From: Bugula neritina
Lineage: Eukaryota > Animalia > Bryozoa
NCBI GenBank assembly: GCA_964035545.1
Contig: OZ037766.1
Location: 8,732,722 to 8,796,721, forward strand
Length of the DNA stretch: 64,000 nt
Reading direction: 5' to 3'
Under the pieces are notes generated by a model. That model was not told the DNA's origin, made no database searches, and saw only the letters and a program-made list of their open reading frames with translations. Made by a program: the position numbers and the translations under genes. Position 1 is the first letter of the stretch. Each line of letters opens with the position of its first letter. This document shows positions 24,604-42,643 of this stretch, one piece after another.

Positions 24604-27530
24604 TTAAGCAGGGAGCTGCAGTTTTTTACCTTGAAGCACTACAAGATATTGACAACGGTAACTTTCGTGATGTGGCACATGTGTCATTAATTATGCACAA
24701 CAAAGAAATGTAATCTAATTAGGTAAAACTAATAACTTCCTATGACAGTTTTGGTGATGGTTTAATACAAAGTTCAAAAATTGAATGCGATAAAATATGG
24801 TGAAAAATTTTATGCAAAAAGTATATTTTGCAATAATTTATTTATAACTGTTATCTGAAACCAAAACAAAACCAAGTTTCAAAAGTTAATTTTTCTCACC
24901 TTTAGTGATGTAGAGATAGAAGAAATCACAGTACAGCACAGTTTGTACTATGCCAGCCACAACTGCTATCACGTCAAAGTTATTCTCATAGTAATATCTA
25001 TAAAGCCAATTCATAATGTATAGGCCACGGTAAGAACCAAGAGCAAACAGGTAATGGCTTGTAATAGTTTCAGCTTCTCCAGTTTTACTAATCATGAACA
25101 GTTGAGGAAGAATGGCTACAGCTTCTAGATAAATGGAAAATGTCCACAGGATCTACAAAAATAGTTACATTTTGTGAACTCGGTTTAGTTGGTTTAGAGC
25201 CAGGGAAAATATTGAATGCCAAACTTTCAGTTGGTAGTGAGCAATACAATATATGAAATAACTTGAGTTAATTTTCTTACCTCCATGGGTGAAAACTCAT
25301 GGTTAACAACAATTGCTAAGAGTGCACAAGGAATAAGTAGGAACTCCATTCTGAAGGTATCATGATTGCCATCATAAGTAGCCTTGAACTTCGTATAAAT
25401 AAGATACACAGTGGCAATCGAAGAGCTCAGAAAGAAGACCTTCATTATAGTGTTATAAGGCGACACAAAATTGGTTACCAAATCCAAATATCTCGTAACA
25501 AACACCAATCCAAAGAGGATCTGACTCTTTCCTGATAAGCCTGTAAAAACCAAACACATTGACATTATTTGTTATAAACCACAAGTAAATGAAGTCAATA
25601 TATGAAGCATCATCTTAAAATTTTCTACTCCTTTTGTAACATTTATTGTATTATTACAGAAATTAAAATTGCTTGATTCTAGGTGGCATGGTAGGTGCAC
25701 TGTGAAAATTATATTTTTATATAGCCAACAAATCTCAAAATATTCAATATTGCACAATACATTTACTCTTCTATACCACAGAATTAATTTTAATTCATTT
25801 TCTAACACAAAATTATATTCTATTTTCGTTCGATTTAGTGAACTGTAAGCTTGCAATGACATAAAAAGTGATACATGATGGATAATTTCCATATAATATG
25901 CCGAAACTTGAGGCTAAAATAGATGTTTGTAACTAGAATATCTAGAATATCGAAGAAATGAAAAATAAAGCCATATTGGCATCACAGTGATTTGAAAGAT
26001 TCAAGGTACAAATAGCCTATCCTGTTTCATCTATGCTCATTCATATATTGCTCTAAAGTAGAATGTAAAAATTATTTTCAACAACTGTATCATGCAGATT
26101 CAACTGAAGATGCACTTTATAAGACAGTTACAGTGAAAAACCAAGCTGCAGAGTGAAAATATTTATGTTTAAGCAAATTTAAATAATTTCTTAGTTGAAC
26201 AGTTTCCACAATTTGGTATAGAAGTTACATGGATGTTAATTTTAATGAGCTATGCATAAAATGTTAGAGTAGGTCAACTTCTCTTGCAGATCGCAGGGTA
26301 ACTGAGCAGCCAGAATGTGGATATTACTGTACTAGTTTAAACAAGTGATGTTATACTCATACATTAATATTTGCATAGGTATGATAACTTCATTCGTATA
26401 TCCAAAAACTTTTTTGAACAGTCTTTATAAATTGCTAACTACATTCCTTATCTTAGTAGACAACAAACTTTAACACAGTTTATTGTTTTCCAAAGCTAAG
26501 ATGTTATTTAACTTAATTTCTCTAAGATTGAATCCCATATATTTTTACATATTAGATATATAAGACTTTTAATATCAAACAACTTTTAGAGGGGCCAAAG
26601 AACTGTAAGAGTAAGTGTTAAAGGTTAATAATTACGAACACTTAGTGGTAGATTTAAAAGTAAATCACCAAATTATCAAATGTATAATCAAATGCTAAGA
26701 AAAATCTAGAGAATTTGATTTTAATTCCAAATTATATTATAAACTAGTCTAAGCAAGTCTTTTCACTTTTCAAATGATAAGTCAGGTCAATTAATTATTA
26801 GAGTTATGACAACTGCTTGTAACTGTAATACTAATTGTAAAATAGTTGTCCTTGTAGACAGTCAATCACATTATCATATATGATTCTCACAGCATAATAC
26901 TAATAGTAATAGTAATATTAATTTCCTGCAAATTATCAATAAATTACTATTACTCAACTATTAGCCATATTAGGACATGAGTGACATTATGATTATGACT
27001 ATTCAGATTCTTATTCTATACTGCTACTTTTGACTTTAGTAATAAAACTGTAGAAATGATATTTTACCTTTAGTTTCATGCCAATGCGGATGCCACTAAA
27101 GCCATTTAAGCATTTGAAACAAAAACTCAAATAATAAACCTAAAGATCGTAAGATAAAGAACTAAGAAGTAAGTTTACTGTTTAGGTTTCACTTCAACTT
27201 CAAGTTTAACTTTAACAATATTACTATATTTATCTCTAAGATTTAATACTTATGATTACCATCACCTTATCATTACGAACACGTGATACAGAATATTATT
27301 ATTATGAGTGAGATATCAGATATGTAATTGTATTAGTATATTTTTATTTTGAACTAATTTAGTATTTGCTCATTGTTTAGTATTTCAATTTGCTCATTAT
27401 TTCGTATTTACTTTTAGTATTTTATTTTTTAAAACTTACCAGCTACAGATCGACTTTTCCATATTTTTAAAAGCAATAAGACAATGGCTGCAAGATGACA
27501 CAAATCACCAACCAGCCTAAAGGCGTTCAT
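24604..27530 (-). CDS. KDELR: ER lumen protein-retaining (KDEL) receptor, 212 aa; exons 27530-27440, 25540-25281, 25152-24900, 24638-24604
   Basis: [13 protein letters not shown]...[10 protein letters not shown]...[18 protein letters not shown]...[23 protein letters not shown]; 639 nt. Confidence 0.98.
26174..26302 (+). repeat. Dispersed ~129-bp repeat, copy 1 (KDELR intron 1)
   Basis: Near-identical to 28893-29021; both end in CTTCTCTTGCAGATCGCAGGGTAAC. Confidence 0.85.
26890..27320. repeat. Promoter-proximal 3/6-periodic tract in KDELR intron 1
   Basis: AAT ACT AAT AGT AAT AGT AAT ATT; ATT ATG ATT ATG ACT ATT; TTC ACT TCA ACT TCA AGT TTA ACT. Confidence 0.6.
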
Positions 27531-27594
27531 TCTTCCAATAGGACGAACTTACGGCATCAACTGATTAAGAAAAAAATGTTTGAAACTGAACGCG

Positions 27595-27625
27595 ACTCAA
27601 TGAAGACGTGGCTTCCCGTGAATTG
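27595..27625. promoter_or_regulatory. KDELR promoter: XBP1/UPRE-like GACGTGGC
   Basis: GACGTGGC at 27605-27612, about 75 bp upstream of the ATG in a CpG-enriched patch. ACGT-core UPR elements are expected in secretory-pathway genes. Confidence 0.4.
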
Positions 27626-28352
27626 TGGGAAGTTCATGTGCCACTGCAGTACCGTTTGTATAAGAAATCGTATCACAGTTCAAGGACATGTAGAAAATCG
27701 GAGATGAACTCAATGGCGACGAATATGATGTTATTTACTATGATTGCGTGACGAGAACGATAAGGGAGGGTAACTCTTTGAAGCAACTTATTTAGAAATA
27801 ACCTCCGATTCTGTCATACATAATACAGCTTCCAGTTGGGTGTCAAATTATGTAAACAACTGTAACACAACAAAACTGAAGTATGCACACCCAAAGTTAC
27901 AACAGTTAATACCACACACACATACACACACGAAAGAAAAAAATCACAACTTGAAAGAAAAAATCCAAAGACTACCAACATAAACTCATGCATCACATCA
28001 TGTTCAAGCTGTCACACAACTTTCTTCTTACAACGACAAAGAACTAGACTGTGTTATGTATTTATTGGAATATTTTGCTCATTTACTTTTTGTTCTTAGC
28101 ATCCTTTTATCTATGTGCTTATTCTTTTTGGTGTACTCTCTTGTGTATACTTTCTTTACTATATTTTCAGTTATGTAGTTTTGTTTTACAGCCTTTATTT
28201 AAATATGTATCTCCTAAAAATACATTTTCGTGACTTTAGACTTTGTGCATATATAAACAAATTTTATGTAGCTGTTCTTGCAGGCTAATACTAGAGAGGT
28301 TTCAACAAATAATTTCTTAATAATGATATGCCAAGAAAAGTAGTTGCAATAA

Positions 28353-28691
28353 TCAATTAAAGCCAGCCCAATCACTTTGCTCTGAGTCTTCATCTGCATC
28401 TATCCCAACACATTTGATTCCGTTTCTAATCATTGGAGTGCCTTTATTTTTACCTGCATAAAGCATAACTTTAATTAATAATCAATTACTCAAATGGTGA
28501 AGGCCAGGCTTGTGTAATGAATGCCATCTTCATTCCGGTGCCGGTATAAAGGTTGAGTTTGCACTTTATAAGCCTGTCAAAAGCTCAACCAGCCAGGTGC
28601 CTGGATTACTCATTACGCATGCCAGGATAAATTACAATTAAATACTACTATAGTTCGACTTTTTTTAGAAATACTAAAACAAATATATACG

Positions 28692-28723
<32 letters not shown>

Positions 28724-29994
28724 TAAAAATAATAACAGTAAATAAAAGTCAAAGTAGTTACCTAATACTCTTGCCAATAGTTTGAGAGTGAGTGACTTGG
28801 AGTTATCTACACTCGTCAACACCAAAGACTCATTGACTAGTTTGTCTTTATATGCATGGAATTCTACATTAATTGTATGACCTTCACCTAAACAAATTTA
28901 AATAATTTCTTAGTAGAACAGTTTCCACAATTTGGTGTAGAAGTTACAAGAATGTTAATGTTAATGAGCTATGCATAAAATGTTAGACTAGGTCAACTTC
29001 TCTTGCAGATCGCAGGGTAACAGATCTCTTCTTCCACTAATACCAATTTACTTTGCTACTCAAACGAAAATGCAATTGAAGTCATTTTAGGTGTTATAGG
29101 AAATCAAAGAAAGTAAACCTAACTGTATATAATGAATAAAGAGATATTAAACTCTTTTAAATGATTATTCCGTTATTAAATATTTAAAAACTTTAAGGTC
29201 TCCTTTTCAACTTCTGCTTTTGCCAATAGACTATTTTAACCTTTTATGCTTTAGAGTCTCAAATGTAAGCTTTCACTTTATCCATTAAAAAGAATCCGAT
29301 ACAATTTCTGCATGCTTTGTGCTTTGATTAGGATTCTAAGTAGTAAATATTGCTAAGATTGTATGTACTGCTTAATTTTACAGATGAGCAACATAAGCAA
29401 CATACAAATAAATTACCATCATCTGTAGGCACACATGATGTTACACGGCAGTGAAGATTTTGCAGTGGATCAGCTGAGATATCCTCTCCAAGATCATCTG
29501 TTACACTAAACTGTATTACATAATGATGGTTCAACTTGAGAAAACCTACAAGAAAACCTGCATGAAGGCATATTTTTTTGGACAAAATTTTGGCATTTTA
29601 GGTTAGGTAGTTTTGTCTAGGGGTTTCAACCCTACAAACATGAAAGATCTACATAACTAAGAATGACAATTTCCCATGGCCTTTCCCCATTTTCACAATC
29701 CAAATTTCATTACATCAAATGACAGAACAAAGTGAAAATTTACATACGAAGATCCACAACATATTATTTTTTGAAATGACAAGAAAATTTACCCAAGTGA
29801 ACTTCTTGAACAGAGTCACTCTTTTTTTCAATTATTATGGCAAGTTCATGACTTCCCTCTGAATCACTTTGCTTGAAATGAACATGAGATTCTTCAGCAT
29901 TATTTTTTCTAGCATCAGCCACTGCAATGTTCAAGTCTTCATCATTAGGTCTATAAGCCAAGCATGATATACTAGTATATGAAACTAATCTACA
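28353..29994 (-). CDS. ADISSP: UPF0687 / C20orf27 (ADISSP) orthologue; exons ~29994-29793, 29545-29417, 28887-28762, 28453-28353; start-codon exon unresolved (first exon about 31560-31457)
   Basis: SHVHF, VHLGFLKLNHHYVIQF, VEFHAYKDKL and ARVLGKNKGTPMIRNGIKCVG...DSEQSDWAGFN* parallel the human C20orf27 motifs. Phases fit. Confidence 0.88.
28507..28623. mobile_element. Degenerate foldback/MITE in the last ADISSP intron
   Basis: GGCTTGTGTAATGA pairs imperfectly with TCATTACGCATGCC; inner pair GGTTGAGTTT/AAGCTCAACC. Confidence 0.5.
28893..29021 (+). repeat. Dispersed ~129-bp repeat, copy 2 (ADISSP intron, abutting the acceptor)
   Basis: Near-identical to 26174-26302. Confidence 0.85.
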
Positions 29995-30479
29995 CTATGG
30001 ACACTTAATATACATTAAATACTAAAAACAACTAGCCCCTGTTTCCATATGCAGATTATATCAACCATTAAGTGTAACTGCCTGTACTTGTGTTAAAATG
30101 AATATTCTGTTACTGATTATTAAAACTTATAATGAGTTATAAATGATAGCCATCTTTATGCTGCCATTTATTAGCAAATGGGAGTCGTACTTTTATTCAT
30201 ATATCAATCTGTTGAATATTTTACTTTATTTTACAGCATCTTTATGTAATAGTAGAACTAACAAAGTTATAGCATTATTTATTTTTAATTTTATGGTTTT
30301 CACAAATTAAGATTAAATTCAAACAGTACCTATCACATAGTCTTGTGCAAATCAAACCATCACCACTTATAATTTATTGCACCATCAACATTGCCATTAG
30401 CTATATATTAATATAAGTAATCTGTAATACTGTAACAGTTATAGTAAATCACAAACTTGTATACATAAAATTGAATGTA

Positions 30480-31110
30480 ATACTAACAGTAACACCGAAT
30501 ATGTAATAAATATAATAATATCTATGTTGATAGTTCTACTTATAGTTATAGACAACAGTGCTAATTAAGAAATTATTATTGTAAATTCATTAAACTTAAT
30601 AATACTAATACTAATAGTGTTAATATTTTTAAAATTTATATAGTAATAATAATATTACTAATAGTAATACTAATAACCTTATAATATAGCAAAATTACAT
30701 AAAATAATACTAATACTAATAGTAATAGTACTAGCAGTCATTTTGGTTTACTCTTATTACTTTTAGTCTTACACTTACAGCTACTGTTAGTGTTACTCCT
30801 AAACTTAGAGTAAATATAAAATTGCAAACAATTAAACATACTTGTGAACTTCAACTGGAGTCCTAGACGTACCAATAGTACCAGTAATTGTAAACGTCTT
30901 CTTTTCCTACTAATACTAATAGTGGTGAGTACTACTAGTCTACGAACTAGTACTACTGTACTAGACCTACGGACAAGCCGCTGGGAGTAGGCGTCTAAGA
31001 GTTAGTCTAACTCAAAGTCTTATAGTTACTAGAAGTAGATAGTTAGTCTTACTACTACTACTACCAGTACTACTACTAGTACTATTATAACTTTATTGCC
31101 TATGGCTGTT
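30480..31110. repeat. Promoter-proximal 3/6-periodic tract in ADISSP intron 1
   Basis: AAT ACT AAT ACT AAT AGT AAT AGT ACT AGC AGT (30705-30738) and ACT ACT ACT ACT ACC AGT ACT ACT ACT AGT ACT ATT (31051-31086). Confidence 0.85.
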
Positions 31111-31294
31111 ATAATAATTTTATACGATTGATTCAAATTTAATCTCGCCAAAGCGAAATGACACAAAGGCACAGCTTATAAGGCTAAGTAGGCAACAAGA
31201 ATGTTTCATCCTAGTAACTGCTGGTGGATAGTGAATACACTCAAATACTAATAGTAGTAGTTTCACTTTGCTGTTACACTATAACGGTTGAATG

Positions 31295-31417
31295 GTTCTA
31301 TAAGCAGCTCTAAGTTGGGGGTGACTGAGTGCAGTAGTTCTATACACTTCAACTTTGAACCCGAAAACCTCAAATTACTGCACTTAATCACTCTGAACTC
31401 AGAGCTGCTTATAGAAC
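31295..31417. mobile_element. 123-bp MITE with ~41-bp imperfect TIR
   Basis: GTTCTATAAGCAGCTCT...GTGCAGTA mirrored by TACTGCAC...AGAGCTGCTTATAGAAC; a similar end sequence occurs near 55613. Confidence 0.75.
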
Positions 31418-32396
31418 ACCTTAGGATCCTTAGCCTTAGAGTTTACAGAACTTACGTAATTTAGTAATGGGAAACGCCAGTGATCGCCACACTCACTGTG
31501 TAGAAATGTCGAGAAGCATCATCTGATCTTGGCAACCCTCTGATTGCTGGTATTACAACCGATAAAACATTGAAATGGAGATAAATCATTTCAATGCAAT
31601 AAAATATTATATGTTATAACTCATCAGGAGTTACAACATCATGTACTGTTTCCCTCCCCCCACTTATTATTTTCTAGTTTGAAACTTTCTTGAATAAACA
31701 AATAAGATTCTCATACTCCACAGCAGTAGTGTGTAATATATTATTATAATTATATAGGAGATCCCTAAGCTATAGAATCTGAATGATAGCACAATTAATG
31801 TTTAAATTATACCCAGCTCACATTATTTGATTGATTCAATGTATAAAATTATGATGATTCATTAGTTTACATAATAATTTAGAACAGTGCAACGCACCCA
31901 GGTCAAAGCTAGGAGTTTGAAGTATTCCACTATTTTTATTGAGTCCACTAAAACCAACAGTGCCCCTACCTATTGAAATGAAAAATTTCATTCCATCTCA
32001 ATACATTCCTGTAATTTTATTTTGTAAATATATAATTGATCAACATCTTAATTTTTATTATTCATTTTTAGTTATATAGTATACATAGTATGCAAAATGG
32101 TACAAGTAATAATATAGGCTAATTGCTTTCATTAAAAATATTATAATCTAGACAAGCATATTGATAGCAGTTAATACAATAGTCATTTTATAACATAGTT
32201 TGGCACAATAAAAAGCACACGTTTAGAGCAGAAAAACATGGATTTAGAGTGAATCAACTTGAAAATGTGTATCTGTAGATGACAGTGAAGAAACTCATAT
32301 GCAAATTATACAATCATAATAAAAAATTGATAGAATATAAATAGAGTTGATAAAGATGCTAATGAGTATATCAGTAGATAAATTATACAGGCTCAA

Positions 32397-37543
<5,147 letters not shown>

Positions 37544-37899
37544 TCTCAAAGTCTACAAACTCTAAAGAAAATAAATACATTCAATTTTAATTTATGAAAC
37601 TTTTCAACATCAATAAAAACCTAAATCATCATGCTCAAAATATAAACAACATACATTAACACATTTTTACTTAATAGATGTGGGGTGACATGTCCAAAAT
37701 CCAAAGAGCACCAATACTATAAATTTATGAAAACCACAACAGTTCAAGGCAAAACTACTTAGGTGAGCTAGTGAGGTTTTTTAGTGACTCAAACTCAAAC
37801 TGATGACATTCATGAAACACCAACACTAACAGAATAAGGATTATTACATAACCTCAGGGCACAGTCTCAATGCCCATTAGCCAATTGTTTTGCTGCTAT

Positions 37900-38640
37900 T
37901 GAATTACTACAAGTGAGTACAACTACAAGTACAATGCAATGTCAATGTGAATGCACAATTTATGGTATAACTGTAACACCAACTATAAGGATAAGAGTAC
38001 ACAAACTCAGCTTAGCTAGCTATGTGCTAAAACCCTTTACATTACAATTAAAATATCCAAACTTAGCCACATGCTAGAATAGATGCATTTCAACATATGA
38101 TAAACTCAAACCAAAACAACATAAGAGGCACTCATAATTTTGCGCCTGTAGGTGTTAAAAGAGTCTTCTAATTTTTACGAGGTGAGGTGAGTTTATGATA
38201 ATCACAATGACGATAACAAACTAAAACTAACCTTATGGTTTATGCTTATTATTAGTATTACCAATTATGTTATTGTTAACCACTGCTTTCAAAATAATTA
38301 TAAATTTAAAGTATTTATGATTATTATTATCATTATGACTATGATTAACATTAAGCTCAAGTTAAACACCACAAGTTGAAGTACTACGACTACGTCCAAT
38401 AGAATAACTATAACTACTGGCACTGCTACTAGTTGAAATACAAGTATTGAGTATAACTATAATTATAACTAAAACTATAAGTATAAGCATAATCACGTTA
38501 ATCTGAATTATAATCATAATGATAATGATTGTCATAATTCATTAATTGTGATGAACTCACTCACTCACTGATGCGATTACAATGATTAATGAATGAATGA
38601 TATTTTATTATTTATAATTATTATTATATCATAAACAATG
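37900..38640. repeat. Promoter-proximal 3/6-periodic tract in the SLC25A46 5'UTR intron
   Basis: AGT ATA ACT ATA ATT ATA ACT AAA ACT ATA AGT ATA AGC (38451-38489); ATT ATA ATC ATA ATG ATA ATG ATT. Confidence 0.75.
37999..38193 (+). mobile_element. Second, shorter copy of the LINE 3' end seen at 14401-14760
   Basis: Aligns by eye with 14561-14757 (ACACAAACTCAGCTTAGCTA...CATAAGAGGCACTCATAATTT.GCGCCTGTAGGTGTTA...GAGGTGAGT). Confidence 0.85.
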
Positions 38641-38929
38641 AATAAATTAACTATTGACTTGGAGCAAAGTGATAGGGTAGCCATTATGATTAACTGATAA
38701 ACTAACTCGGCAACCCTTACAGCTGTGCCTGTGGTGTGAATTCAACCGTGAGTACCAACCACTATGACTATCGGGAGTCAACACTCAATGGATTTGAGAT
38801 TAACTGAAGTTGCATCATAATAATAATATCATTATAATATTGTAGTGAAAAGAGACCGCTAAATAGCCGGCTAAGGAGTTGTTTCCCCGTTATAAGCGCA
38901 TAGCTTTGCATCTTCGAAGCTGTAGAATC

Positions 38930-38953
38930 CAGTGTGGTATATATACCACACTG
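38930..38953. mobile_element. 24-bp hAT-type mini-element (TIRs only) with 8-bp TSD
   Basis: Perfect palindrome CAGTGTGGTATATATACCACACTG flanked by identical GTAGAATC at 38922-38929 and 38954-38961. Confidence 0.8.
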
Positions 38954-40787
38954 GTAGAATCTATATGGAACTTATGATTTTTCGATGCAATTAAACAAAG
39001 TGAAAGCTAAATAAATGCATTATACAACCCGTATATACTATATTGGTCAGCTCAAACACTACTGCTATATGCAATTATTTTGCATATTAGTGTTACATTG
39101 TAGATATCAGCTAAATATAATATTACTGTAAAATGCAATTTCGTACATAATTTGTAAAATGCAGAGCATTTTTTTTAATTTTTTCATAAATTATGTTCAT
39201 GTTTTTTTGCAGCCGTTGTGATTTTAGTAAGCATGCACTTATTAAATTGTATGCTTGATATTCAAGATGCCACTAATAAAAGTGACTTTACTATGTCTTG
39301 ATAACAATCCCAGTGTTTTCACTGGCAGCCATGAGAAAACTTTACCATGCCATCAATGCTGTTATATACTGAATGTTTTAAAATTATATTACAACAGGAT
39401 TTAAATTAGCAATATGTTATAATTAACATATAATGTAGATAAAATTTTATTTCAATAAAGTAACTTTTGCTATACATGCAGTGCAATATTATAAAAAATA
39501 AATGTGGCTCCGTGCAAAAGATAAGGCTGGCTTTGGATATACATACATATTTATGCTACTACTAGCTATAGTTCTTAATTCAGTGACACATACATATTAT
39601 GGGGTAATAAAAAATATATACATGTATGCATATGTGTAATTACAGTACTAAATGGATAGGCTATACTACAGATTCAAATGAACATAAGTTAATATAGCTG
39701 ATGTCTTTATATAGAGAACACTTACCACTTTTTACTGTAAAACAAGATTTAACAGCCTTAATTAGCCATCTTTTATTTAATTTAACATTAGATCAATAGA
39801 TTTTGTTTAATGTCTATACTCTATAAGATATAGCTTTAGCGTCACTGTCACTACTACTCCTAATTTTCTTTCTAATGCTCTGAAGTAAATTGTAGAATGT
39901 AGATTTAAAAGTAGTATTTTGTTACTAATTGCAGAGACAACTTCATCATCTTCCTGTTCAATATCTTCCAATGTTATCCTATGCATGGTCTATCACTTTT
40001 TCCAACACACATACTCCATCATCTAATTCATCTCTGCCAATAGCACTCTTTGCTTTTTAGCGAATACTTTCATTTCTATAACTTCATTTGGATTTCTAAA
40101 ATATGTTTTATAGATTGTCACATTGACTTGCAGACACATGATAAAATATATTTTGGCAACACATTTGTATAATTCACCGTTATAAACTGCATCACAAAGA
40201 TTTGCTATAATTACCGATAGAGGTAAAACAATTCAACAAGTATATTTTGGAATTGTATTCCCTGTTACATTTTTTCTACAGTGCTGTGCAACGCATTGCG
40301 CCATCCATTATGGAGAGCATTATGTACCAACTAGTAACTTTCAAAATATATATTTTGAACAAATTAATTTGTAATAGAGTAAAGAGTTACAATCTTAGAT
40401 GGGTTTCGACGTACTTAAGGTTATATACTAGGGAATACTATAGGGATGTAAATTTAGTAACTGCATATTGATAGAAGGCAACATGTTGTAAAGCTATAAA
40501 CTTTCTTTGTTCAAGTCATAAAAGAAATTATAAATAAACTTACTAAGTAGGAGTGTTGGTTGGAGAGACAATCTCATCCACACTAGTAGTCAGAGAAGCG
40601 TTATCAGAAAGTGAATGTTTGCTAGAGTACAATGTATGAATAAACAGCCAAGGATATATGATCTGAGAACAGAGGAGAATAATCAGCTTGCTTCACCAAG
40701 AGACAGATACAGAGTGAACTTTCGATTGTTGAACTAGTCGCAAGACACAACGCATAATGCAACTTGTGCCATTGTTAACATCATGCT

Positions 40788-41088
<301 letters not shown>

Positions 41089-42643
41089 TAAACATAAAAT
41101 GAAGCATGGCTGAACTTATATATATTAATAATTTAATGCAATAATTACACAACCTATAATTATTGTATTTTATAACTTTGTTAGAGCTTTAGGTGCAACA
41201 ATTAGGCAGAAAACTTTCTACTTTACTAATAATTTCATATAATATTCACAAGCCGTAACCTAGCAACCACTAGCCCCACACAGTGCAGATTGTAGGCCAC
41301 AAAGACATTACTTAAAAGTTAGAACTACGTTGCAGCTTATGTATTGTAAGTTATTGGTAAGTTATTTATGTTTTAAAACTAATTTGTGTAATTATAGTTT
41401 CAGCTAAAACTCGCAGTTATACATTGCTTATGGTTAGCAGTCAACATGCATTATAATACTACATTCATAACTTATATTCACTCATGCATATTGCAGAAAC
41501 ATTACATACTTGCTCATAAAAATAAAATGTGTAAATATAATATTAATTGTGTGCTTGGGTGTAATTGTTTTTAATTGAGTAGCAAAACTAATTTTGGCCA
41601 TTGCAAATTTGTATTGTTACAGTGATCACTCACTCACCTCATAATATTCATATGTATCAGCTTTTCCTTATTAAACCTCAACTGAGTTTAATTTAGTTGT
41701 AGTTTATTCCAACTTTTTCGGCACTACTTGGAATACTCTACTAGAATAAGTAAAATTCAGCCAATCAGAGAAATGGACTAATTCTAGTGTTTCACCATTA
41801 CTTGACAGCTCAATTAACACTAACTCATTAGCAATAAACAAAATTCACAAGATACATGCTATGTGTTGTGGTAAAAATAATCTAGGCCCTAGGTCATATT
41901 TTCAGACCTATTATAGCTTATTTGCACTTTTCAAACATGTTTTAGTGAAGAAATTTGAAAAAAATTAACTCAAAACCTAAATTTAGAATATAAAAAAAAT
42001 AATTCACATAACCAAAATTGCACCACTACCTTTTCACTTGGAGGTAATAAAGGCACTGGGCACACACCTTTCGTTGGCTGAATTTTGCAATGTCAATTAA
42101 TGCTAACACGTAATTATCACAATATTTAATTAGAAACTACAAATTAACTTTTTCTCCGAGTATATTAATTACATTTTATAAAAAGAATATGAATATCAAC
42201 AAATGAAAATACCAAATATTACCTAAATTTTATATAACTATTTCAGTTGTATAAAAAAGTCAACCATAAAAGTATGAGCATATTTTGAAATGAAGGCATA
42301 CAAAAAATAACATAGAACTGAGTGTTTCAACACAACATACAATAGAGCAGTAAGGGGCAACTTCCATTAACTCTTAATTATAAAAATCTGAACGAACATT
42401 AATGAAGCTGCAAACCTCTTCAATACTAAAATAAAAAGAATTATGAGCTTGCAATTACCAAAAAAACTCTCTGAATTATCTGAGCAAAGAAATGATAAAC
42501 AAAAATAGAATGCTATCACACTATATTAGAATGAACATGTGCATTACAATATTACATCAAGTGTGTTGTAAATAATAATGAAAAAGTGAATGGTTTGCAA
42601 ATACCAATAAATTTTTGAGTAATTGGGAAAACAATTTTATGTT

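Noticed and set aside
29608-29636. U7 snRNA-like TTTGTCTAG followed by a hairpin
   Set aside because: The Sm site is imperfect, the stem is very short and there is no upstream histone-downstream-element complement.
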